From: Candidatus Saccharimonadota bacterium | Lineage (GTDB): Bacteria; Pseudomonadota; Gammaproteobacteria; Enterobacterales; Enterobacteriaceae | Assembly (NCBI RefSeq): GCF_012571345.1 | Contig: NZ_CP046218.1 | Coordinates: forward strand, 145,048 to 153,521 | Direction: 5' to 3' | Length of the DNA: 8,474 bases | Shown here: positions 1 to 7,165 of the stretch, in pieces | How positions within the stretch are numbered: the first letter of the stretch is position 1 | Layout: every line of letters starts with the position of its first letter | Translations under genes and position numbers: made by a program | Notes under the pieces: model-generated | Databases searched by the model: none | Seen by the model: the letters and a program-made list of their open reading frames with translations, nothing else | Told to the model about the DNA's origin: nothing

Positions 1-237
1 ATCAATAAAAATAATATAATAGTATATTGTTTTGGGTTAGCTAGTCAAAAAATTTTGTCTGTGTGCCCACGAGCTATTAAAGTACAAAATATGTCAGAAG
101 CTATAAAACAAATTTATCCTTTATTATGTAATAATGATGTAGTATTATTATCACCTGCATGTTCTAGTATTGATCAATTTAAAAATTTTAAACAGAGAGG
201 TCAGCAATTTATAAATATAGTAAATTCTTTAATTTAA
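1..237 (+). CDS. murD: UDP-N-acetylmuramoylalanine--D-glutamate ligase (MurD), 3' partial; the frame is open from base 1 and the stop is TAA at 235-237
   Basis: Frame 1 is open from position 1, so the ATG at 55 in the ORF track is internal, not the real start. The translation ...IIVYCFGLASQKILS...NDVVLLSPACSSIDQFKNFKQRGQQFINIV matches the E. coli MurD C-terminus (...VRLYCFGRDGAQL...[30 protein letters not shown]) almost motif for motif. Confidence 0.9.
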   Translation: MNKNNIIVYCFGLASQKILSVCPRAIKVQNMSEAIKQIYPLLCNNDVVLLSPACSSIDQFKNFKQRGQQFINIVNSLI

Positions 238-314
238 TAAATATATATATTTAGATTTTTTTTGCAAAAATAGTTTTTAAATATAAAACATATATTATAA
301 TTATCAAATTAACA

Positions 315-1370
315 ATGAAAAAAAAAATACTTATAGTAGCAGGAGGTACTGGTGGACATATTTATCCTGCTTTAAATATAGCATCAAAATTAATAACTCA
401 AGGATGGGAAGTAAGATGGTTGGGTTCTGCTAATAGAATGGAAGAATATATTATTCCTGCACGAGGTATAAAAATTTATCTTATGAATTTTTCAAAATCT
501 AAAAAAATAAATTTTTTTTCTAAAATATGGATAATAGTAACATTATGTAAAATAATTTTCCAATCTCTTAAAATTTATCAACATTATAAACCTAACATAG
601 TTTTAACTATGGGCAGTTATATTACTGGTCCTAGTGGTATTGCAGCATGGTTATATAGAATTCCTTTAATTATACATGAACAAAATAGTATTGCAGGTCA
701 TACGAATAAAATATTATCTTATTTTGCTATGAAAACGTTAATAGCATATCCAAATACATTTCAAAAAGCTATTTTAGTCGGCAATCCTATTAATCATAAT
801 ATTATCCAATTATCAATATATAAAAGATCTATTGTAAAAATACATACACCAATACGTTTATTAATTACAGGAGGTAGTCAAGGATCCAAAGTAATTAATA
901 ATATTGGGGTACAAATAGCACATATTTTAAAAAATAAAGTTTCTATTTTACATCAAGTTGGATATGATAATATCATTACAGTATTAGATCAATATAAAAA
1001 AAATACAGTTAATAATGTGGTTGTAAAATCACATATTCAAAATATGTATAAGGCATATAAATGGGCTGATATTATTATTTGTAGATCAGGAGCTATGACT
1101 GTTAGCGAAATTATTGCTATAGGATTACCTGCTATTTTTATTCCTTATCCGCATAAAGATCGTCAGCAATATTATAATGCCGTAAAATTACAAAAAATTG
1201 GTATTGCAACTATCTTTGAACAAAATAATATCGATATAAAACAAATCATACATATTATTTTATCTTTAAATAAAAAAAAAATACTAAAAACATTAGCACA
1301 AACATACAAATTATTTATATATAATTCTTTAAATTTGATTTGTAACGAAATTAATAATGTTTTGTACTAA
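315..1370 (+). CDS. murG: UDP-N-acetylglucosamine--N-acetylmuramyl-(pentapeptide) pyrophosphoryl-undecaprenol GlcNAc transferase (MurG, lipid II synthase)
   Basis: 351 aa. It has the N-terminal G-loop AGGTGGHIYPAL, plus HEQNSIAG, GGSQGS, CRSGAMTVSEI and HKDRQQYYNA. These are colinear with E. coli MurG (AGGTGGHVFPGL, HEQNGIAG, GGSQGA, CRSGALTVSEI, HKDRQQYWNA). Confidence 0.95.
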   Translation: MKKKILIVAGGTGGHIYPALNIASKLITQGWEVRWLGSANRMEEYIIPARGIKIYLMNFSKSKKINFFSKIWIIVTLCKIIFQSLKIYQHYKPNIVLTMGSYITGPSGIAAWLYRIPLIIHEQNSIAGHTNKILSYFAMKTLIAYPNTFQKAILVGNPINHNIIQLSIYKRSIVKIHTPIRLLITGGSQGSKVINNIGVQIAHILKNKVSILHQVGYDNIITVLDQYKKNTVNNVVVKSHIQNMYKAYKWADIIICRSGAMTVSEIIAIGLPAIFIPYPHKDRQQYYNAVKLQKIGIATIFEQNNIDIKQIIHIILSLNKKKILKTLAQTYKLFIYNSLNLICNEINNVLY

Positions 1371-1412
1371 TATCAATAATATAATTATTAACATGCTTTA
1401 TATAAAAGTATT

Positions 1413-2894
1413 ATGAAAATCAAAAATAAAAATAATAATAAACATATTATGTTTTCTAATTATAATAATGTACGATCAATATATTTTATAGGTATTGGTG
1501 GTATAGGAATGTGTGGTATTGCAAAAATTTTACTACAATTAGGATATCAGATTAGCGGTTCTGACTTGATTATGAATATAAGAATGCAAGAACTAATTTT
1601 ATTAGGTGCTAAAATATATTTAGGACATAATAATTTTAGTAAGATAAAAAATATGGATGTAATAGTATTTTCTACAGCTATTAAATTTAATAATCCAGAA
1701 TTAGTATTTGCTAAACAAAATAATATATTAGTATTACATAGAGCTGTAATATTAGCAGATTTAATGCAATGTTATTATAGTCTGATTGTATCTGGGACAC
1801 ATGGCAAAACTACTACGACGGCTATGATTATTGAAATATTTTTGTTTTTGCAAAAAAATCCTACATTTGTTAATGGAGGTGTTTTAAAAAAAACAAATTT
1901 ATATGCTAATTTAGGTACAGATAAATATTTTATTACAGAAGCAGATGAAAGCGATAAATCATTTTTATCTTTTAATCCTATAGTTAATCTAACTACAAAT
2001 ATAGATTTTGAACATTTAGAATATTATCAAAACAATATTAATGTATTAAAAGATAATTTTGTAACATTTTTTAATAAAGTACCATTTTATGGTTGTAATA
2101 TACTATGTATAGATAATGTCCATATTCGTCATTTACTAAAAGAACAACGTATACACAAACATGTTATTACATATGGTTTCCATAAATCAGCCACTATACA
2201 AATATATAATTATATACAAAACAATCACAAATGCACATTTAATGTCATTCATAAAACATATAATAACAATAACAATATATTTCAATTAACATTAAATATT
2301 CCTGGAAAACATAATGCTTTAAATGCAACTGCATCATTTGCATTAGCTAGATATATGAATTTTGATACATATAATATTATTCATGCCTTGCAACAATATT
2401 CAGGAGTAAAAAGAAGATATGATATTATAGGAGAATATACTATTAATCAAAATAATAATAAACAATATATTAAAATTATGGATGATTACGGACATCATCC
2501 TACAGAGATTAATAATACAATCAAAACTATACGTCAACATTGGCCACAATATCATTTAATAATGGTTTTTCAACCTCATAAATATTCTAGAATACATAAT
2601 TTATTAGATGATTTTATAAAAATTTTAGCTAAAGTAGATACATTATTCATATTAAGTGTATATTCAGCAGGTGAAAAGTATTTAGAAACAGCGAATAGTA
2701 ATATCATTTATAAAAAAATAAAAAAGTTAAAGAAAACAAACATATTTTTAGGAAAATGGAACAATTATAATGATATGATTAAAGAAATATATTCAACACT
2801 TTTTAAACAAAATATATTATTATTTCAAGGAGCAGGAGATATTAATAATCTTTCTTCATTACTTATACAAAATAAATTTAATCGTACAAATTAA
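1413..2894 (+). CDS. murC: UDP-N-acetylmuramate--L-alanine ligase (MurC)
   Basis: 493 aa. Motifs are IYFIGIGGIGMCGIA, YQISGSDL, the P-loop SGTHGKTTTTAM, PTFVNGGV, EADESD, PGKHNALNA, DDYGHHPTEI and FQPH. All are colinear with E. coli MurC (491 aa). The first ATG gives the same N-terminal spacing to the GIGG motif as in E. coli; an internal ATG at 1449 is a less likely alternative start. Confidence 0.95.
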   Translation: MKIKNKNNNKHIMFSNYNNVRSIYFIGIGGIGMCGIAKILLQLGYQISGSDLIMNIRMQELILLGAKIYLGHNNFSKIKNMDVIVFSTAIKFNNPELVFAKQNNILVLHRAVILADLMQCYYSLIVSGTHGKTTTTAMIIEIFLFLQKNPTFVNGGVLKKTNLYANLGTDKYFITEADESDKSFLSFNPIVNLTTNIDFEHLEYYQNNINVLKDNFVTFFNKVPFYGCNILCIDNVHIRHLLKEQRIHKHVITYGFHKSATIQIYNYIQNNHKCTFNVIHKTYNNNNNIFQLTLNIPGKHNALNATASFALARYMNFDTYNIIHALQQYSGVKRRYDIIGEYTINQNNNKQYIKIMDDYGHHPTEINNTIKTIRQHWPQYHLIMVFQPHKYSRIHNLLDDFIKILAKVDTLFILSVYSAGEKYLETANSNIIYKKIKKLKKTNIFLGKWNNYNDMIKEIYSTLFKQNILLFQGAGDINNLSSLLIQNKFNRTN

Positions 2895-2920
2895 TTTTTT
2901 ATAAAAAACTATATTATATT

Positions 2921-3841
2921 ATGACTAAAAAAATAGCAGTATTATTTGGCGGTAGTTCTTTAGAAAGAGAAATATCGTTAAAAACAGGCAAAAGAATTTT
3001 AAGTGCATTACATAAATTACAAATTAATGCACATGGTTTAGATCTTAAAACTTTTCCTATATTTTTATTAAAAAATTATGGTTTCACTGATGTTTTTATA
3101 GCAGTACATGGTAAAGGTGGTGAAGATGGCACGCTACAAAGCATCTTGGATTATATGAAATTACCATATACTGGTAGTAGAATGCTTCCTTCAGCTATTG
3201 CTATGAATAAACATATTACTAAGATGATATGGAAAGCTCATCAATTACCAATATATCCTCATTTTATAGTACAAATACAAAATTTTAGAAAATCTAATTT
3301 TAATAACATTAACAAACAATGCTTACAATTAACATTACCATGTATTATTAAACCTAATGGCATAGGATCTAGTATTGGTGTTGTTAAAATTAATCATATT
3401 GATGATCTTATACCAGAAATAGAAATTGCATTACAATATAGTAGTGAAATATTAATTGAACAATATATTATAGGTACTGAATATACTGTAAGCATATTAA
3501 AAAATTTTACATTACCTGTAATAAAAATTACACCCCAAGATAATTTTTATAATTATTATAATAAATATTATAATAATAATAATCAATATTTTTGTCCTAG
3601 TGGATTAAGTCCTAATAAGGAAAATGAACTATCAAAATTAGCTTTAAAAGCATGGCAAGTTTTAGGATGTGAAGGATGGGGTCGCATAGATGTTATTATG
3701 AATCAACAAGGACATTTTTATTTATTAGAAGTTAATACAATTCCTGGTATGACTAAAAAAAGCTTATATCCACAGTCTGCAAAACAATATGGTTTATCTT
3801 TTGAAAAATTAATTTTAACTATTCTAGGTACAGCTAGATAA
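2921..3841 (+). CDS. ddl: D-alanine--D-alanine ligase (DdlB type)
   Basis: 306 aa, the same length as E. coli DdlB. Matching blocks include KIAVLFGGSSLEREISL, FIAVHGKGGEDGTLQ, LPYTGS, YFCPSGL, GWGRIDV, FYLLEVNTIPGMT and the E. coli equivalents (KIAVLLGGTSAEREVSL, FIALHGRGGEDGTLQ, YFCPAGL, GWGRIDV, FYLLEANTSPGMT). Confidence 0.95.
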   Translation: MTKKIAVLFGGSSLEREISLKTGKRILSALHKLQINAHGLDLKTFPIFLLKNYGFTDVFIAVHGKGGEDGTLQSILDYMKLPYTGSRMLPSAIAMNKHITKMIWKAHQLPIYPHFIVQIQNFRKSNFNNINKQCLQLTLPCIIKPNGIGSSIGVVKINHIDDLIPEIEIALQYSSEILIEQYIIGTEYTVSILKNFTLPVIKITPQDNFYNYYNKYYNNNNQYFCPSGLSPNKENELSKLALKAWQVLGCEGWGRIDVIMNQQGHFYLLEVNTIPGMTKKSLYPQSAKQYGLSFEKLILTILGTAR

Positions 3842-3877
3842 TACTATTACATTTCTATGGGATAAAGTTGTATAATA

Positions 3878-4348
3878 TTATTTTTTTACTAACAAAACAA
3901 ATTTGTTTATAATATTTTTTAACTTATAAGAACTTTTTGTAGCTAGTTTTAATAATAATTTTTTACTGTATGGACTAAGATATTGCTGATATATATTTGA
4001 AGAATAACATTGTTGTCGCATAAACATTTTTGGATTAATAATAAATTTAATATCTTTTAAAATAAGTAATATTGTTTTTCTTATAAAGAATATGAGATTA
4101 GTTTTTAAAGACATAAAATTTATCATACAACTAGAACTAGCAATTTCAATATATAGAATATTATTTTGTAAATTTTTTACACTATATAAATGAGATAATT
4201 GTTTTGGTACTTTATTTTTTAAAAGTTGTTCAATTTTTACTAAAAAACTTACATGTATTTGTAATTTTACTAAAATTTTTATACTACTAGGATAAGAACT
4301 ATATAATTTAAAAATTTTGTTAATCGATAATAGTTTATTATTTCTCAT
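3878..4348 (-). CDS. Hypothetical basic 156-aa protein; tentative DUF721/DciA-like (replicative helicase operator) candidate
   Basis: An uninterrupted 471-nt frame in roughly 78% AT DNA is very unlikely by chance, because stop codons are AT-rich. No competing ORF lies on the opposite strand. It is divergent from secA. Residues 47-106 (VPKQLSHLYSVKNLQNNILYIEIASSSCMINFMSLKTNLIFFIRK..LKDIKFIINP) resemble, from memory, the DUF721 core pattern: target strand, then 'x-L-x-[IV]-x-[IV]-x-S', then a helix, then 'I..I.f.[IV].P'. The size (about 150-160 aa) and the position next to secA fit gammaproteobacterial dciA. No HMM search was possible. Confidence 0.55.
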   Translation of the reverse strand: MRNNKLLSINKIFKLYSSYPSSIKILVKLQIHVSFLVKIEQLLKNKVPKQLSHLYSVKNLQNNILYIEIASSSCMINFMSLKTNLIFFIRKTILLILKDIKFIINPKMFMRQQCYSSNIYQQYLSPYSKKLLLKLATKSSYKLKNIINKFVLLVKK

Positions 4349-4468
4349 AAAAATGTTTATCCGATATTTTAATAAAAATAATTTAAATCATTTTTATATA
4401 TTTTAAATTATAAATTAATTTATACAATAAATTTTATTTATTATCATTATTAATTTAAGAGTGTTTAT
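4349..4468. promoter_or_regulatory. Divergent intergenic region presumed to carry the promoters and 5' UTRs of orf156 and secA; a weak SD-like AAGAG lies upstream of the secA ATG
   Basis: A 120-bp non-coding spacer lies between two divergently oriented CDSs, so at least one promoter per direction is expected here. The sequence is almost pure A/T, so individual -35/-10 hexamers cannot be assigned reliably. 'aagag' sits 8-12 nt upstream of the ATG at 4469. Confidence 0.3.
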
Positions 4469-6961
4469 ATGTTAACTAAATTATTAATTAAAGTTTTTGG
4501 AAATAGTAATAAAAATGTTTTACAACGTTTGCAAAAAATAGTCAATACAATAAATAATATGGAAAAACAATTTTCTCAATTAACAGATCTAGATTTAAAA
4601 AACAAAAAAACATATTTTAAAGAGAAATTAAAACAAAATTTTTCTTTAGAAGATATTTTACCAGAAGCCTTCGCTACAGTAAGAGAAGCAAGTAAAAGAG
4701 TTTTTGGTATGAGACATTTTGATGTGCAATTATTAGGTGGAATAGTATTACATAATAATTGTATTGCTGAAATGCGTACAGGAGAAGGGAAGACATTAAC
4801 TGCAACCTTGCCATCTTATTTAAACGCATTAACCGGTAACGGAGTACATATAGTAACTATTAATGATTATTTGGCAAAAAGGGATGCATCTAATCATAAA
4901 ATCTTATTTAAATTTTTAGATTTAACAGTTGGTATAAATATATCAGGAATGTCATTAAAAGAAAAACGTCAATCATATAATGCTGATATAACATATGGTA
5001 CTAATAATGAATATGGCTTTGATTTTCTTAGAGATAATATGGTATTACATTATAAAGATAAAGTACAACGTAAATTAAATTTTGCTATTATTGATGAAGT
5101 AGATTCTATACTGATTGATGAAGCTCGTACACCTTTAATTATCTCTGGCCCTGCAAAAAATAATATTGATATATATTATCAAATTAATAATATTATATCT
5201 AATTTAATACAACAAGATAATGAATATGCTTCATATGGACATTATTTTATAGATGAAAAAGATAAACAAGTTTATTTAACAGAAGATGGTTTAATTTTTT
5301 TAGAACAAATATTAGAACAAAAAAAAATATTAAAGTATGGAGAAACTTTATATTCTAGTTCTAATATTATTTTAATACATCATATTATAGCTGCATTAAG
5401 AGCTCATAAATTATTTACTAAAAATATTGATTATATTGTTAAAAATAATAAAATAATTATTGTTGATGAACATACAGGACGTCTAATGTCGGGTAGACGT
5501 TGGTCAGATGGTTTACATCAAGCCATTGAAGCAAAAGAAAATGTTAATATCCATAATGAAAATCATACTTTAGCTTCTATTACTTTCCAGAATTTTTTTC
5601 GTTTATACAATAAATTATCTGGTATGACAGGAACAGCTAAAACTGAAGAAACAGAATTTCAAGAAATATATAAATTAAATACTATTATTATACCAACTAA
5701 TAAACCTATGATTCGAAAAGATTTACCTGATCTAATTTATTTAACAGAAAAAGAAAAAATTAATGCTATTATTAAAGATATAATAACTAAATATAATTTA
5801 GGCCAACCTGTTTTAGTAGGTACTATTTCAATTGAAAAATCAGAAATGATTGCACATGAGTTAAAAAAAAAAAATATCCCACATAATATTTTAAATGCTA
5901 AATATCATGCTAAAGAAGCAGAAATTATTGCACAAGCTGGACAAATAAAAACAGTAACTATTGCAACTAATATGGCAGGACGTGGTACTGATATTGTATT
6001 AGGAGGAAATATATTATATGAAAAACATATAACTCCTGTAATGGAATTTACAAAAAATCAATTAGTATGGCAAAAAAAACACAACGAAGTATTATCTTTA
6101 GGTGGTTTATATGTTATTGGAACAGAAAGACACGAATCAAGAAGGATTGATAATCAATTAAGAGGACGATCTGGCCGTCAAGGAGATTATGGATCATCTA
6201 GATTTTATTTATCTCTAGAAGATTCTTTAATACGTCTTTTTGCACCTAAAAATATTATTAATATTTTAACAAAATTAGGCATTAGAAAAAATGAAGCTAT
6301 TGAACATCCTTGGCTTACTAAAATAATTGAAAAAGCACAAAAAAAAGTTGAACAATATAATTTTGATATACGTAAACAATTATTAGAATATGATAATATT
6401 ATTAATGAACAGCGTATGGTTATTTATAAACAACGTAATACATTATTACAACAATCTGATCTCAATATAATAATTAATAATTTCAGAAAAGATATATATA
6501 GTAATATTATAAATAACTATATTAAATCTAATACTTTTTCAAAAAAAATGTGGAAAATCAAACAATTAATTAAATACTTTTTTAAAAAATATCAAATTAT
6601 GTTACCCATAAATAAATGGATAGATAATAATACTATTCTAAATAAAGATCAATTATTAAAAAAAATAATGATTTTTACCATCAGAATATATAATATACAA
6701 AAAATAACAGTTGATATGCATCAAATACAAGAATTAGAAAAAAATATCGCAATATCTATATTAGATAATTTATGGAAAGAACACTTATTATTATTAGATT
6801 ATTTACGCCAAAGTATTCACTTAAGAGGTTATGCTCAAAAAGATCCAAAACAAGAATATAAAAGAGAAGCTTTTTATATGTTTAATAAAATGCTATATAT
6901 ATTTAAACAAGAAGTACTTATTAGTCTTAGTAAAATTACATTCATGCCCTATAATAATTAA
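4469..6961 (+). CDS. secA: Preprotein translocase ATPase SecA (830 aa; lacks the C-terminal linker and zinc-binding tail)
   Basis: There is near-identity to E. coli SecA across long blocks. These are [45 protein letters not shown] (Walker A), [82 protein letters not shown] and [18 protein letters not shown]. Confidence 0.97.
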   Translation: MLTKLLIKVFGNSNKNVLQRLQKIVNTINNMEKQFSQLTDLDLKNKKTYFKEKLKQNFSLEDILPEAFATVREASKRVFGMRHFDVQLLGGIVLHNNCIAEMRTGEGKTLTATLPSYLNALTGNGVHIVTINDYLAKRDASNHKILFKFLDLTVGINISGMSLKEKRQSYNADITYGTNNEYGFDFLRDNMVLHYKDKVQRKLNFAIIDEVDSILIDEARTPLIISGPAKNNIDIYYQINNIISNLIQQDNEYASYGHYFIDEKDKQVYLTEDGLIFLEQILEQKKILKYGETLYSSSNIILIHHIIAALRAHKLFTKNIDYIVKNNKIIIVDEHTGRLMSGRRWSDGLHQAIEAKENVNIHNENHTLASITFQNFFRLYNKLSGMTGTAKTEETEFQEIYKLNTIIIPTNKPMIRKDLPDLIYLTEKEKINAIIKDIITKYNLGQPVLVGTISIEKSEMIAHELKKKNIPHNILNAKYHAKEAEIIAQAGQIKTVTIATNMAGRGTDIVLGGNILYEKHITPVMEFTKNQLVWQKKHNEVLSLGGLYVIGTERHESRRIDNQLRGRSGRQGDYGSSRFYLSLEDSLIRLFAPKNIINILTKLGIRKNEAIEHPWLTKIIEKAQKKVEQYNFDIRKQLLEYDNIINEQRMVIYKQRNTLLQQSDLNIIINNFRKDIYSNIINNYIKSNTFSKKMWKIKQLIKYFFKKYQIMLPINKWIDNNTILNKDQLLKKIMIFTIRIYNIQKITVDMHQIQELEKNIAISILDNLWKEHLLLLDYLRQSIHLRGYAQKDPKQEYKREAFYMFNKMLYIFKQEVLISLSKITFMPYNN
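5863..5874 (+). repeat. A12 homopolymer inside the secA coding frame (codons L-K-K-K-N)
   Basis: Read directly: ...gag tta aaa aaa aaa aat atc... This gives twelve consecutive A from 5863 to 5874, the longest mononucleotide run in the window. Confidence 0.95.
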
Positions 6962-7116
6962 TTATATTCTTAATATGTATATTATAATATAGAATTATAA
7001 TAAGTACTATTTTTTATATAATAGATATATTTTTTAAAAAAAATAAATGTTTATGTTGATATAACAGTTATAAAATATAATTTATCTTATAAATATAAAA
7101 AATAACCACTCCTTTT

Positions 7117-7154
7117 AGAGGATATAAGAAAAAATATGATTTGTTATATCCTCT
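7117..7154. terminator. Perfect 11-bp inverted repeat (agaggatataa / ttatatcctct) with a 16-nt loop between convergent secA and dnaJ; possible terminator or 3'-end stabilising hairpin
   Basis: The left arm is 7117-7127 and the right arm is 7144-7154, an exact reverse complement. It ends 11 nt downstream of the dnaJ stop (7166-7168, minus strand). It is one of the few G/C-containing patches in an otherwise A/T-only 204-bp spacer. No U-tract immediately follows the stem in either transcript direction, so it is not a canonical intrinsic terminator. Confidence 0.35.
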
Positions 7155-7165
7155 GTAAGTATGTC

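Noticed and set aside
55-57. ATG at 55 as the start of a 60-aa gene
   Set aside because: The same frame is open back to base 1, and the upstream residues (IIVYCFG...) continue the MurD alignment. The ORF is the 3' end of murD, truncated by the window edge.
262-296. Promoter-like hexamers (for example ttgcaa at 262-267) upstream of murG, with similar TATAAT-like strings in every intergenic region
   Set aside because: In DNA this AT-rich, -10-like hexamers occur everywhere. No -35/-10 pair with proper 16-18 bp spacing could be identified, so no specific promoter call is supportable.
2263-2277. Asn-codon runs (NNNNN in MurC; similar runs in Ddl at about 3570-3590) as possible repeats or insertions
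   Set aside because: These are short low-complexity AAT/AAC runs at variable loop positions of the proteins. They are typical of AT mutational bias and are not distinct repeat elements.
3842-3877. Possible terminator between convergent ddl and orf156
   Set aside because: Only an imperfect, bulged A/T inverted repeat (tattaca ... tgtataata) lies in the 36-bp gap. It is too weak to call.
7105-7116. Strong Shine-Dalgarno-like AAGGAG on the minus strand (reverse complement of ctcctt), suggesting a small downstream gene
   Set aside because: No ATG, GTG or TTG lies at a workable spacing downstream on the minus strand, and the following frames hit TAA within a few codons. More likely it is just the flank of the hairpin.
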